From assembly GCA_965285935.1 (NCBI GenBank), contig OZ260667.1, positions 44,888,001-44,952,000 on the forward strand: a stretch of 64,000 bases of DNA, in the 5' to 3' direction. This DNA comes from Ophelia neglecta (taxonomy: Eukaryota). A model generated the notes under the pieces. The model made no database searches, had not been told where the DNA came from, and saw only the letters and a program-made list of their open reading frames with translations. The number at the start of each line of letters is the position of its first letter. The first letter of the stretch is position 1. The translations under genes and the position numbers were made by a program. Of this stretch, positions 1-13,368 are shown in pieces.

Positions 1-329
1 TCTGTTTACTGACGCCACTTAGCGTTTTAATTCAGTTAGTACTGGTCAATTTCTTCTTGTTGAGGAGGCTGTTAATTTGGACCTTCGTAGAATTTTGACA
101 GGTGTGACCAGTGCAAACTTACATAAAGTGTTACCAAGACTCAGTTTATTCATATAAGCAGGAAAAGGAACCCACTTTTCTTCCTCAACGGCACTCGCGG
201 ATGATGTAACCCACTTAGGTCTCATCATTAACTCAAAATTATATTAATTTACTAACTCTGAAAGCTTCAAAAATAATAGGTTTATGAAAGAGACTTACGA
301 ATCGACAAAAAATGCCCTCCAGAGTTTTG

Positions 330-1150
330 GCTCCTTTTTTTCTGGTAGAATACAGAGGTGGAATTCCTGGATAGTTTGTCTGTAACGCGTGTATAAGATT
401 GTCGAAAGGGATTGACCACCCCTAATTGTACATTTTTCAGACCAATCATGGAGTATGACACAATAATATTTAACAGTTCTACAAATTTAGAGTCTTGGCC
501 TTGGAATACGTCCAGTTAGATGATCTACGATTGACTACAGGCATTCGTCGTAGTAGTTCTCATGAATTTATTTATGGTAAGAGTGGCTTTCGACCCTTAG
601 TTGAGAGAAGACTGCAGTTGAGAGAAGTTTCAATCCATAGTTAATCGTAGCTCGGTAAAATATTCATGGAGTCTTATCCCCTCTGGTTTGTTACAACACC
701 CGTAGCTCTCAGCCAATAAATGTTCCTCAAATTAGGGCTAGAACTGAACATTTTCGCAAAATTTTATGCTCCAAACAACTCGTGATTGGAACACATTACC
801 ATCGAGCCTAAAAGTTATTACTAACAAATTATCATTCAAAAATAAAATAAGTCCACATAGTTCTCCCGTACCTAAATATTTTAACCCAATAACCCAAAGT
901 AAGCGGATAAGCCGAATCATTCTTGCACAGCTGAAGACAGGTTGGAGTAAATCAAATGACCATTTAAAGCCTCACCTGCTTGTAAATGTGGTTACTTGGA
1001 AGAGTTTCAGAACGCCCCTTCTTTCACTGACCCCTTTACGCTGCTCATAGAACAACATGTACTGCTAGGCCTATTGAGTCGCGTGGAAACCATACTCAAC
1101 GAGCATCATTTTGATACCATGCTTATACTTGTGGATTTGTTTTAAGTGAA
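330..1150 (+). mobile_element. Decayed CR1-group LINE, 3' part of ORF2
   Basis: Frameshifted remnants read RPIMEY, LEYVQ, TTGIRRSSSHEFIYGKSGFRPLVERR and QTTRDWNTLP, which are typical post-RT motifs of CR1/L2-type ORF2. Boundaries are approximate. Confidence 0.65.
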
Positions 1151-1599
1151 GTGCGCCCGCCATGTGTGATTAAATGATTTATGAAAACATATAGGCCTAG
1201 CATTCGCCTATATTATAACCATTGTGCGGCCGGTCGGCGACTGATGCGGTCTCACTAGTGTAAAACTAACTATATAACTTCGATATTTGATATCATATCA
1301 CTGGTTTTGTTTTGCTTTGGTATAATATATGTTATTTTTTGGTCTGGCGGAAGTGACGGGCTTCTGGGGTGCGCGCGCACGCTCATACATGAGTGTGAGT
1401 GGGCGTGTGCGCCCTGGGGGCTCTGGTTGGCCTCAAATACACCTTAAGTTAGAGTTAATATTCAACATTTGATGGATAATATTTGATATTAGCACTAGTT
1501 CTTCAGATTAGTAATAATGTACTACCTTGAACAACCCAGGATAAATGAATATGTTGAAACTAAATAGGCCTAGAAATAATAATAAGGTAGGGACTGACC

Positions 1600-1673
1600 C
1601 GTCGGATATGACCCGACACACAAACTTGGTATTACAAAACGGCTTCTGAGACCAGGACTGTTGAAGACCATTA
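1600..1673 (-). mobile_element. Left piece of an old L2/CR1-like LINE split by the younger LINE
   Basis: Minus strand reads MVFNSPGLRSRFVIPSLCVGS, continuing the LKL(N)KD... thumb motif that stops at 3909. Confidence 0.6.
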
Positions 1674-3901
1674 CTATTGTCCCTTTCTCTCGGCACCGTT
1701 TTCCGTGTCGGAGATAGCTAGCCTTATGAAGAAGATTAAACGCGGCAAGTCGGGCGGACACGATACCGTAGATCCGGAACATGTGTACCACGGAGGTAGA
1801 CAGACAGCTGTGGCGCTCACGGCACTCATGAACAGCATTGTTAAGCATGAGATCATCCCTGACTCCTTCCGAAGAGGCATAGCCATCCCACTCCACAAAG
1901 GTGGAGGCAAAGACACTACAGAGAAGGACAATTATAGAAAACTCACCCTGTTAACAATCTTCTGTAAGTTTTTTGAGGGCGCTTTGCTCTCTCGATGTGA
2001 TGATTGGTTGCTTTCTAATGGCCGATTAGGAAGACTCCAGGGTGCGGCTGTCCGCGGATGTTCGAGCAAACACACGTCGCTGTTAGTTCGAGAAGTTATA
2101 GCTTACAACAACGATCGTGGAAGTCACGTGTACGCAGTTTGTTTGGATACCAAGAAAGCGTTTGACCGGGTATGGATAAATGGATTATTCTACAAAATGT
2201 TCCACCTAGGCGTCAATGCCAAACTGTGGAGATTGTTGAGACTATGGTACCAGGATTTGAGATGTGCCGTGAGAGTGGGTAATAGTCTCTCGGAATGGTT
2301 CAGGGTACTGCAAGGTGTTTTTCAGGGAGGCAAATTTTCTATGAGACTATACCAAATTTTCAGTGCGGATTTTCTCGACACCCTGGTAAACCTCCAACTG
2401 GGGACGCACGTCTTCCAGAACCCTTGTAGCTCTCCAGCCTTTGCAGATGACGTCACCATCATGGCTCTGTACCAGCCAAACCTCCAGCGCCTCTTGGACG
2501 CTGCCATGGAGTACAGCGCCCGCTGGAGATTCTCCTTTAATCCCCTTAAATCGATGTACATGGTGTTTCCCACTTCTCCATCTGCGCCGATTGACAACCG
2601 TCCACTTGTGATGGGGAGGTACACTCTTCGCGCTTCAGATGGCTGCTCTCATCTAGGTGTACCTCTATCCAAGTCTCACAGGTACATTGAGAAAGCACTG
2701 GAAGAGAGGCTAGCCAAGGCCAGAAGAAAGACCAATGCAATGTTTGGCATAGGTAGCTCGTCTCGTGGGATCCAACCAGTCATTGCTAGCAAACTATTCA
2801 AGAGCTTTGTGCAACCTAGCCTCCTCTACGGACTAGAGATCGTCGATCTTCGTAAGACCGATATGGATAAGTTGGAAAACGCTCATAGGCGGGCGGGAAA
2901 AAGATTACAGAAAGTGTCACAGAACTTAGCCTCGCCCCTAAGTTACGCTACCATGGGCTGGTGGCCAATTGAGTGTGAAATAGACTACCAAAAGCTGCTT
3001 CTCTTACACAGTCTGTTGCAGTCAGAGACAGGATCGCTTTTGCGTGCTATTGTTGTGAACCGTACAGTAGAGAGGAACTATGCTCAAGTTTACAGTGGGC
3101 CCGTTTCTGTAATGGTGGACACCTGCTTTCGGTACCGACTTGGTCTCCGTCTTCAGAATGCAATTTATACGGGCCTAGTCCCAAGCCGACCTGTATGGAA
3201 GAGACAAGTAAAGGAGGCGATTAGTCATGCTGCCGACCAACACTTAAGAGCCACCTGTCTCCTCTATCCAAGTACAAAAAGCTTCAGGTCAGCCGCCGCC
3301 GGGGTTGAGATGTGCTCGTGGTGGAAGCTGGCCGTACATCTTCCCGATTCCCTTCCCGCCTGCCGATTGATGGTGCGGCTGATACTGGAGGACTTGGATC
3401 TAGAGATAACCCTCGGCCGACGAGCGAACATTCCCAGACGCCAGAGATTGTGTCGACTCTGTGGATCGGACGTTGAAGACGCCATTCACTTCCTTTTCAC
3501 ATGTGAAGCTCTGTGTGAGATGAGATGCAGCCTACACAAGTTGCTGGCTAACTCTCACATGGTAAATGAGGATGCTCTCGTGTGGATCCTTCGGGCTGGT
3601 GAGATATCTGATGGTGTAGAGATCGCTCGAGTGATAAACCAAATGTACCTAGCTAGGAGGAGAAAATTGTCGCTTCTTAGATAAGCGCATGCAACGACAA
3701 GGCAATTTTGTATTGAGCCAGGCTTATGTATTATTATATATTATAATCTAATGTAAATTTTTAATCGCTCTTACTTTACAGCACTACCGTGTTTCAAGCA
3801 TATACATGTAATTGCATAGTTGCTGGGCTTTTTTTCTATGTAAATATGTTCATATAAATTACTCTCCAGAATTGGAGGAATAAAGATATCAATCAATCAA
3901 A
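1674..3901 (+). mobile_element. Young 5'-truncated LINE (RTE-X/CR1-group-like)
   Basis: TSD ACCATTA at 1667-1673 and 3902-3908. Uninterrupted RT ORF. 3' stem-loop CTCC-AGAATT-GGAG (3864-3877), AATAAA at 3879 and an (ATCA)n tail at 3888-3901. Confidence 0.92.
1705..3684 (+). CDS. LINE ORF2 fragment: reverse transcriptase plus C-terminal CCHC zinc-binding region; endonuclease lost to 5' truncation
   Basis: Motifs NYRKLTLL, CLDTKKAFDRVW, GVFQGG, FADD, HLG and RLCRLCGSDVEDAIHFLFTC. The frame stays open upstream to the junction (PFSVSEI), so the GTG start is not a real start. Confidence 0.9.
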   Translation: MSEIASLMKKIKRGKSGGHDTVDPEHVYHGGRQTAVALTALMNSIVKHEIIPDSFRRGIAIPLHKGGGKDTTEKDNYRKLTLLTIFCKFFEGALLSRCDDWLLSNGRLGRLQGAAVRGCSSKHTSLLVREVIAYNNDRGSHVYAVCLDTKKAFDRVWINGLFYKMFHLGVNAKLWRLLRLWYQDLRCAVRVGNSLSEWFRVLQGVFQGGKFSMRLYQIFSADFLDTLVNLQLGTHVFQNPCSSPAFADDVTIMALYQPNLQRLLDAAMEYSARWRFSFNPLKSMYMVFPTSPSAPIDNRPLVMGRYTLRASDGCSHLGVPLSKSHRYIEKALEERLAKARRKTNAMFGIGSSSRGIQPVIASKLFKSFVQPSLLYGLEIVDLRKTDMDKLENAHRRAGKRLQKVSQNLASPLSYATMGWWPIECEIDYQKLLLLHSLLQSETGSLLRAIVVNRTVERNYAQVYSGPVSVMVDTCFRYRLGLRLQNAIYTGLVPSRPVWKRQVKEAISHAADQHLRATCLLYPSTKSFRSAAAGVEMCSWWKLAVHLPDSLPACRLMVRLILEDLDLEITLGRRANIPRRQRLCRLCGSDVEDAIHFLFTCEALCEMRCSLHKLLANSHMVNEDALVWILRAGEISDGVEIARVINQMYLARRRKLSLLR

Positions 3902-3908
3902 ACCATTA

Positions 3909-4860
3909 TCCCTGTCTTTGTTTAAGCTTCAAATTGTTATGTGAAATCCAGTCATGGATGTCTTAAAATGGTTTTCAATGCGTGCCACAGCAATATTCAT
4001 GGCCACCTGGTGAATAGGTCTGACAGAGAGGTAAGCCTGTGTATACATCATAGATGTGAAGTCCAAGCCCATGACGACAAATGCCATCACCCGGCCAGAA
4101 TATAAGATGTTTATGCGGAATTGCAACGGTCCTAATACAGATCCTTGTGGAACCAACCAGCACATGCGTTACAGACAAACTATCCAGGAATTTCAGCCCT
4201 GTTTCCTACCAGACAAATAGGAGTCAAACCGCTGAAGGGCATTTTTGTCAATTCCTAGCCTGTTCTTTATTTGTTGGAGGAGGTTGGTGTTGTCAGTGGA
4301 GTCAAATGCGGCTCTAAGCTCCGATAAGACAGCGCCCTGTTGATCCAAAGATATTAGTATATCACTGTGAACCTTGTTAGAGCAGGCTCCGTACTGTGAC
4401 TGGGTTTGTAAGCCACCTGGATGCTATCGAGTAGGATGTTATCGTTCATGTATCTAGTAAGCCTTGCAGCAACAACTCTCTCCAATAATTTTGAAAGGTA
4501 TGAAAGATTGCTTGCAGGTCTGTTATTGCAAAGAACCTCAGAATGCAGCTTGGGTTTCTTCAAAAGGGCCCAGATGACTTCATGGATTCCGTCTTGTCGA
4601 CACAGTGCGTTTAAAAATGTCAGTAATGACGGGGGTAAGTTCCAGGCGAAAATTGTCAAACTACCACGCTGGCAGTGGATCAAGCAAAGACGACATCTTA
4701 GGGGCACGGGATATTATTTCGAGAATTTCTTTCTATATAACAGGTTCAAATGCGACCATTGATGAGCCTTGATTGTTGGTTCACACTACCTGAAGACACA
4801 GGGAGGGAAGCTTTGTATTTGTTTGAAGAAATTAGCAATACGGTTGGCAATGGTCCAAAA
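3909..4860 (-). mobile_element. Old degenerate L2/CR1(Crack)-like LINE, RT region
   Basis: Remnants IANRIANFF, LDPLP, LLKKPKL...NNRPASNLSYLSKLLERVVAARL, QVAYKPSHSTEPAL and VPQGSVLGPL, with stops and frameshifts. Confidence 0.85.
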
Positions 4861-7800
4861 CCATTTTAATTTAATAATAAGCAGGATTTCATCTACCTAC
4901 ATATGCAAAATGGATGAAGCCCAATCTATTTATAGAATGCTTTAATAATTTGTTTTAATTATTATTAATTAACTGAGTAATGAATTATTTTATATGTCCT
5001 TAACATACTTGATTAGCCTTAGGAAGATCTTCGTTTTTTTTAAACTTGCAAACTACACATGTTGTTTGTATTTTTTCCAAATGTAACGATTTAGCACCAA
5101 TTTAGATGGAAAGTGTCATGTCTTAGACATATGCACATTTAGTTTTGAAAGTGGCTAATAATTGACTTTTAAAATATACATATTCAGAGTTTTCATAAAA
5201 AGTAGATGCTTCTTTCATTATTTGAACGTTTCTTCCATGGTTTCCAATAAAATTTATATACTGTCGAGGAACTGAAGTATCAGTGGGGTTGCATTTTGTG
5301 GATCCTGATTATTTTGTACCCATTTGATGGTCTATTATTGATTAATCTTTTGGCTTGTCTGCCGGGTATACATTATCGATTATTCATGATTCCAACTCTA
5401 CTACAAAGGAATATCAATAAAAAGCCCTGCATTGGTTACCCTGCTCTCAGACAATTATCTAATACAAATTCAGGGGCTGGTCATTTACAATGCCAGGGGC
5501 AGGGCCACAAATCCTTGCTCCGGTTCAGGCAACATTTTTTATGACCACCTTTGTCAATAGACCAAACTAATTTTGTGCACCCCCCCCCCCCCCTCTTAGG
5601 AGACTGCTGATTCTTTGACCACCCTTCCCACCCCCATCATCATTATACCAACTTAAATTCTTATTCCTGTGTGAACAGACACATAGTATTAGAAATCTAG
5701 GATAAGAAACTGTAGCAAAGTTCTAATTACTTACCCAATAATTAAAAAATGTCCCTCCAACCCAGCTTAAGCTCCTGACATTCCACAAACCCTTTTGGGT
5801 GTGACAACATACACCCATCTACACTCACACAAAACAAAACCTGGTACAAGGCAAACATAATTATTCATCTTTGTCAGCACATGTCCATATATATTAACAG
5901 ATGCAAACATGCGCCTATAAAATAAAAAACACTCTTTAATGATGCCGGTCATATTTTTATTATAATAGCCAAATAATGAGATTTGTTACAGAAGGACATT
6001 ATATTTTTGTTATTATGAGAAAAGAATCAAATTAAATATACATGAAAAAACCGCCCCATAATTTCATACTTCACAATGAACACTATTCTCTTTCATCACA
6101 TATAACTATTCATTGTTGAAAACTGAATACCATTTGCATAGATATAAATATAAATACAAAAACACAACCAATTCAAATGATCATAATTTCTACCTTCTAC
6201 TCCCAAAAAGAAAACTTTTATAATTTTTATTTCAAATTTGGCATAAGAGATATTCTAAAAGAAAGTTGATCAAACTGAGAGGAACAAACACTGTCAAAAT
6301 AGAGATTAATATATAAATATGGAATTTTTACATCAGTTCAAGATAATCTACACCAACAACTACATCCCTACTTTCATCAGATATACACACAAACAGAGGT
6401 ATCAGCCAGGGTGTTACTGTTTTACCACTATCTCACAGCTATAGGAGACTGACTTGGTTTACTTTTTTCTGACATCCAGGACTTAACTGGACATTTTTAA
6501 CATATATTCACTAACGTCACTAACTATAGTACACATACACGAAGGTTCAATACAGATATGTAATTATGTACATAAATAGGTTAGAAAAATAATGTATCTG
6601 CTCAATAGCACCTCTAAACTTAATAAACTAATTCACAAGGGTTGGAGTTCTGGAGAGTTGGAGACTTCTTAGTTTTTGACTTTATTCGGGTTTATCACTC
6701 GTTCTTGTCTCAGACTCAACTCTAAGACATGATTGTGTGCAAAATACTTGCTTATTTACTGATTTAAGTCAGTACCTTAAGTGTCCAACCTTCGAGAACA
6801 CCACCCCAGGTCATTGCACCCATTCTTGGCCACAACACAGCGGGAGAGTAAGTAGCAACCTTCCATAAACTCGCCATGAACACATTCTTAAGGTAAATAG
6901 TAGTTGTTTTCTCATACAAGTAGTGAACAAATTTTGGTAGAAGCATCGGTTTAGTTGGCTGTGATTGTGCAAAAGTCAACACAATCCTGTATCAATCCAG
7001 ATAAGAGGGGAGAGGGTTATCACATTATTATAATGTTGATCTTACAAGATCGATATTATACACACAGCCCAACTTTGTCCGTCCCTACACTCCTGCTCAT
7101 TGCTTTTGCACAAAAACGTGGAACATGTTCATTTACTGGCAAGCCATCTTCCAGAAAAGTAATTTCTTAACAGTTATGCAATCTTAATCAACATGTTATT
7201 TTAACACCAATAATGCCACTTCTAAACTGCATGACATAAAAAATAACAATGCATATATACAATGCTTTTTTAATAGTGTGCAACTTAGCTAAAATCAAAA
7301 TTTTATAATGCCAGCCTCTGGAAATATGTGGCAAAAGTACAAAATAAATACATGGAAATAATGTATACAAGTTCACCCAGTGTATGTATCAGTTTAAAAT
7401 AACGCCAGACAAATCAGCCGCAAGTTTGCCTGCACACATGTACATGTGTATTTAGAATACTGTTCTTACGCTGACAAAATGCTTTGAGATTCGAAACCAA
7501 ACGATTTTCTTGTATGCTCTTCTCTGAATAACTGACCTTGTATTTGAATACCATAGAAGTTTCAGGAACATAGGTAATATACCGAAAAACTGGTACACAG
7601 ATAAACAAGATGGAGATCACTAATTTTTGATCTAGTCAAAGGACTTGTATCCTTAAATAGCAGTATATCATTATAAATACCACTGCATGTGACGTTTTGA
7701 AATCCTGCTAATTGTCCAAGCACCTCAGCTATATGCTGATGTGTAAATTCATAATCAGTGAGACCTTTGATTGAAACCACCCACAGAACCAGAAAATACT

Positions 7801-8932
7801 GGTTTGATTATGGAGGTGATCTATCAAGACAGGTTATTTAACAAAGATTGTTTACAGAGCAGTCTCCATTTTAATTGTCTGTATCAACATGTGGTCTGAA
7901 TACAGAGGTGGTCTTAAAGGCATTTTACATGCATAATACTCTTTACAATGTAGCCCAATAAATACACCAGCTTTATAAAATATTTAATTTTATGTGTATA
8001 ATAATGCTTTTCATTATTGGCCTTGGATATAATAAGAGTTCAGCCTGGCCACGATTAGGAGTTCCAAGAACAAAAGGTGAACATACATGCTTGGCTATGA
8101 TTATGACAAAAAACACTATTAAATTGTATGAACGTCATAAGCTACCTGTGGGAGCCATATAGTAGAGCTATTGCTGGTGTGTATCGCTTTGATTGGCTTT
8201 AATTCAGGACATTCTGATGGCACAAAATCTGACAGAAATTTCTACCGGCTGTTCTGATGTAGAATTTTGTGATCAGTAAAGGTTGAGTCCTAGGTGATCC
8301 ATTATGGGTAAGACATTTTTCAACCCCATGTGCATTTGCCAATATAAATAAAATCCTGGTTGGCAAAGGTGACTGGTTTAACAGTAGTTAGTCAAACCCA
8401 TACAAGCATTCTAGCATGTTCTATAGAGCTATTCGGAGGGTATTTTGTATGTTTTGAGGCTTCAGACCAATTCTCTTTTTATGTGTCTGTAGTTTTAACA
8501 CTGTGCAAATAAAAGTGCTATTATATTAATGATGACATGGCTGTTTCACTGGGGTCAAATAAAGATGTCTGCTTTAGCACACGGTAAACTGTTTAATACT
8601 CCTCACTGCACTATCACCACGATAATCATGCATAAAACAGACACCCGTCACAGGTGCATGTACACATTCACTTCCTACTCGTATCCATTTTAAAGCATCT
8701 CAAGTAGGTTGAACAAGATTCTAAAACATAAAGCAGCAATCACAAAACTCCAAGGAAGCAAGTTGTCTGAATATACCGCTAGTCCAGACCGTGACGCTAC
8801 AATCCACACTAGTTATAACTGGGGCAAATGAACATAGCCTTACAAAAAATAGGACAATTGTAGACTTAATCATGAGGATGAAATAGGAGTCTATTATATA
8901 ATGCTTTGACACATTGATGAAACCTCCTGGCT

Positions 8933-8992
8933 TATATATATATATGTATATATATGTATATATATGTATATGTGTATATGTATATATATATA
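8933..8992. repeat. (TA)n / TATATG microsatellite
   Basis: Direct reading. Confidence 0.9.
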
Positions 8993-10476
8993 GTACAGGA
9001 CTATACAGTATAAATGCATTGTGATTTGATTTGGCAGACATCACAAACACAGTGACTGTATTGTAATACATATTTACACTTAGCATATCGGCTAGGTATT
9101 TTTTCCCCATCAAACCATCAACTTATTTGCCTGCATACAAACTACCTGTACAAACCCTTGTCAGACTATCTGGTTCTATACTGATCACAATTAACGCATG
9201 CATTTAAGGTGACAAAATATTGTGTTTGATTTTCCAGTAAAGCAGGTGTCTATGTAATTATTTCATATATACTCATACCACAGCTGCTGTCACACCAGAG
9301 ATGCCAAACACAGTACATATAAAACTGAAGTTATTAACTACCTATATGTTGGAAAAATATGATATTCAGCTGTAAAGGAGATCGCCAACCCTGCCTAGAT
9401 GCCTTACCTGCTGCAAAAGAATTAGGAGCTTTTCATAATTTGTAAAGTAGTGCACATACAGGAATATAACCTACCCTGCTCTGGCACCAATATGGGCACC
9501 AAGAAGACCCTGTATTTATAAATAAATGTCAAATTTAACTGCATAAACCTTGATGACACTTTAAAATACATATATGCTGTATGATGCTATAAGCTTAATG
9601 ACTTGACCCTGCAAATTTTGCTAGCATGTAAAATCTGGCAAATATTTATACTCAAGAAGAATTTTATTGTCAGAATGGTTTCTTTACAATTTTTTTTTTT
9701 TATAAAGCTTCATAGCAAAAAGTCATCCTGACATTCTTTCAAATTTGCCTACTGGTAAACCACATACACAGATATGAGTTACATGGTTATATGACAAAAG
9801 CATGTAATAGAATTCAAGAACAAGAGTTTCTTTTTTAATATATTATTGCCTGTCTACATGATCGCTGTCATCATTTCCTTTTGTTACTAAAGGTTAGTCA
9901 TTTGAGAGATGGGCTGAAAATCCCACCCTGACATTGAATCACAAGACACAGACCAAATTATTTTCTCTTCAAAGTACAAAGTCGACAGACAAGAAATTCT
10001 ATTCACAGTCATTTTTACTCTCAACCCAAGTTTATGTAGCACAAAGCTAAGCAAATTTGAATAAAAAGATGGACCTAGTGGTTAGACCCAGGGGATGTTG
10101 GTTTGGGAGCTACGAAAGGTTTGCGATAGTTTTTTTTTTATATCAGTGATGCAAAATGAAAGCATGTGCATGTGTCTGCCTTGCACAAGCAAGGCTTGCT
10201 TGAAAAGAAAATATGAATCGCAGATATCAGTTCTTGTTTGACCAGTCAGAATAAATGTAATTGAAACTGATGTAAAATGAATTTGACGGTCATTTTGACA
10301 CCTTAGAAGATAACCTCTGGTTTACTGTGAATTTGCTCGTCACTTATAATCTGCCAGTTAACTACTTCGCTTCACGAATGCAATAACAAGAGTGCTAGCC
10401 AATCACAGCTGGGCTAGCTGCTATATAGTGAAGAGAAGTAAAGGGCCAGTATAAATTATCAATGTAAGAACTCAAT

Positions 10477-10755
10477 AGCCTGGAGGACTGCCCGGTCCAA
10501 TGGGTATCTTTTCAGCGACCCGTATAATAAATCCACCGTGTGATGGGGAGCATGAAGTAGGGGCAGGGATAAGTTTGCTCGGTGGATTAAGGTAGCGATA
10601 GTTGAGTATGACGTCACGGTATATCGTCACAGGGGAAGGGTCACTAAGGCATTGTGTATAGTCAATATAAACCTTTCATTTTAAATAAAGTCCAGAAGAA
10701 GGCAGGCTTGCCTGCCGAAAATTCGACATTAATACCTTGGTGTTTTGTTTTATTT
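10477..10755 (+). mobile_element. Penelope-like element 3' fragment with a minimal hammerhead-like motif
   Basis: 12-bp TSD TAAGAACTCAAT at 10465-10476 and 10756-10767. Internal DKFARWIKVAI resembles the GIY-YIG C-terminal R-x-I-K-E-A-I motif. Hammerhead-like core at 10687-10730. Confidence 0.7.
10687..10730 (+). ncRNA. Minimal type I hammerhead ribozyme-like motif (core variant CAGAAGA)
   Basis: aaagtc-CAGAAGA-a-ggcagg(cttg)cctgcc-GAAA-at-TC-gacatt: stem I with one mismatch, perfect stem II, palindromic AATT in place of stem III. Position 4 is A rather than the canonical U. Confidence 0.55.
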
Positions 10756-12187
10756 TAAGAACTCAATGTTATAGATACCAACACTTGGTTTAAAAGGTAT
10801 TTCTTTAAATCCTTAACTGTGATATATTCCTGATGATGCACCTTAGTACCCAATGCAATTATAAAAGGCTAACCCGGTAGCTAAGAACAGGAAAGCTTGA
10901 GGATTCAACAATTGAATTTAAAAGTGACGGGGAAGGGAAAGGCCTAATTACAAATTGATTAGAGTGTCCACTGCTTCTGTGTTCTGTTTCCTATATTTGA
11001 AAGTATGTGTTCTAAGCATGGTGGCTTCTGTGATGGGAGAGTGACAAGCTTTGTTCCCCACTAAGTAACAGTAACCCTATCCATCTAACACCCCTGACAA
11101 ACCAGTGTGGTCTCTGTGGCACATTGAGTAATATGTTGAATTTTATAAAGTGTGAGTCTGCTTTGAACCAACAGTTTCTTTTCTCAGAATAAAAATTTAA
11201 TAGGTACGTCTAATAATCAAAAGAATTCTGGTAGGCGTTGGCAAGGATCGGATGTTGTTGTTAGGAAATGTCTCGGTTGTAGCTGGCTATAGGCACTTAG
11301 CAGGCCTGCACTGAAGTAGGCAACTGGTAAATTCGCAGAGTAGCAGTGATGAGCAAATTCACAGTAAATCGTCGATTTAAGAAGGCATGCATTATCTGAT
11401 ACATGGTATCTCATATCAAGTATCAGGTTTTCCAGCACTCCCTTTCAAATAGTCTCTAAACATATATAGAGTTATGAATATGAGACTGTTTGACATTTGA
11501 TTTGTCCCTAGAATTGTTAACAGAACAAAATACAATCTCTACAAAATAGTTTTTCTGGTGCAACTTATTACAAGCTTTAACACTTATCTCTGCAATAATT
11601 CTTGATCAATATGACATTAAAAAACTTCAACTGAAAACATGTACCTAACATCTCCGACTCAGTTTAAGGGGCAGTGAATCTCAGGTCATATACTTTCACC
11701 TTCAAATTTAAATTATCCATTTTATGCCTATGTTGGTGATACTGAGATTATTGTTGGCTGATAAAGTAAGGTGTACCAATCCACTTGTCAACTCAGAAAA
11801 TAGCCTTGGAATCAAATTTTCCAAAACTTTTCCAGGTGTAACAATATTATTCATCTAGCCAATTTTTGCAGAATTTCAGACTGATTGTATCATGTTCATA
11901 TGCTGTCATATTTCTTCCTCTTGCCAGCCACACCCAGCTCTGGGCTGTTATAATGACATCCGAGTTTCCTCCATTTCCACTTATCACCTATCATCGGCAC
12001 ACTTTGCACAATACTCTGGCTATAATAACCCTGGCAGTAATGTTTCAACCTCATGACAGATTTTCATCCTGACATGTGTTGTCGCCTGTGTCTTTATGTG
12101 TTGCACAAATAAGAAGATGCCATTGCAACATCAAAAGAAGCCTGTACAATGCATCTGCCAATGAAATGATCCCTCTTAAGTTTACGA

Positions 12188-12331
12188 TTAGCTGTCCAGT
12201 GCCATACATCGTATGGTGGTAGCGTAGCCTCTTGCCTCAGTTTGGATCCAGCGATAGGAGCTCAATGGATTGCCAGTAGGCATGAAGATCATTCGGGTCT
12301 CTCGCTTGGTGCCACATGCAGGCTTATGTAT
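12188..12331 (-). CDS. Uncharacterised secreted protein, coding exon 4 (IHKPACGTKRETRMIFMPTGNPLSSYRWIQTEARGYATTIRCMALDS*)
   Basis: Strong T-rich acceptor ending ...ttttccag; phase 0 matches the donor at 15103; 144 nt ending in TAA. Confidence 0.75.
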   Translation of the reverse strand: MHKPACGTKRETRMIFMPTGNPLSSYRWIQTEARGYATTIRCMALDS

Positions 12332-13368
12332 CTGGAAAAAAAAACAAAGGAGATAAGTGAGGAGCATTTCAACGGTTTTCAGACAATCTAAAAATGAACC
12401 TTTATGTACTATCAGGCCTGATAATATCGGTCCGTGTATATCCCTATAGTGCCCAGCTCATACCTGTACTACAAACCTAGAGATGCCCAGAGTGCCACAC
12501 ATAGTATCTGACTTCATCCATTAAACAACTAGGTCTGAACCTTGCCACAGCAGATGGGAGCACACGTTTTTTATAACCAATGAATGTTATTTTGGTTGAA
12601 AATACACCAGGAGAGTTCGATCACCAACCGTGAGAATGATGTCCACTATAGACATTTCCTATCTCTCAACCTACTAGACATAATATTTTTTATGCTTTTC
12701 TTCTATGGGAAGATGACTGTTTTTTCAACTGCTGTATGATATTTTCTGGAGTCTGAATGTACTACTTTCAAAGGTGTTATCTTTACCCATTTTTAGACAT
12801 TTTTGGACAAAATTCAAAGTCAGATTCGAGGTATTTGTGAATGATACCATCTGCACCATATTCAATCCCCACAAAGGACCAGAAATGAAGATTATCTCCA
12901 CAATTTCATCCATTCTAATGTTTTATGTCAGTCAAAGTTGTCATCTGTGATGGTCAGTTTCATAAATTTGAGCTTTTTTATTAAAGTTAAATGTCTATGG
13001 TGGCCATCATCGTACTATCAATAATATGCAGCACAATACTTGTTTATCAATAAAGCACCAATAACATTAATATAAATAAGGCAATTAATACCATATGATC
13101 AGAATTTTATACCTGCCGCAAATGTACACATGCATTTTGCCCTACTTATGATTACAGATGCAAAACAAGAGTTATCTCTTGGGAACTGATGAGCGATGAC
13201 ATTCAGGCAAGTCAGCCATGTACTCTTTCTCTCGCTTGATATAGCCAGAACAGTGTCATGTTTTCCCATTTCCTACTCAAAGCGGCTCTCTATTTTATTG
13301 GTAGAGTCTTGTTATCAACAACACAAGTTTTTATCTCTATTTCTAGGCCTTGTATTATTAAGCACAGA

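Noticed and set aside
1240-1266. Second hammerhead (ctgatgcg...aaaac)
   Set aside because: The core is broken and there is no stem II.
11340-11403. C/D box snoRNA (GTGATGA...CTGA)
   Set aside because: Too short, negligible terminal stem and no recognisable guide sequence.
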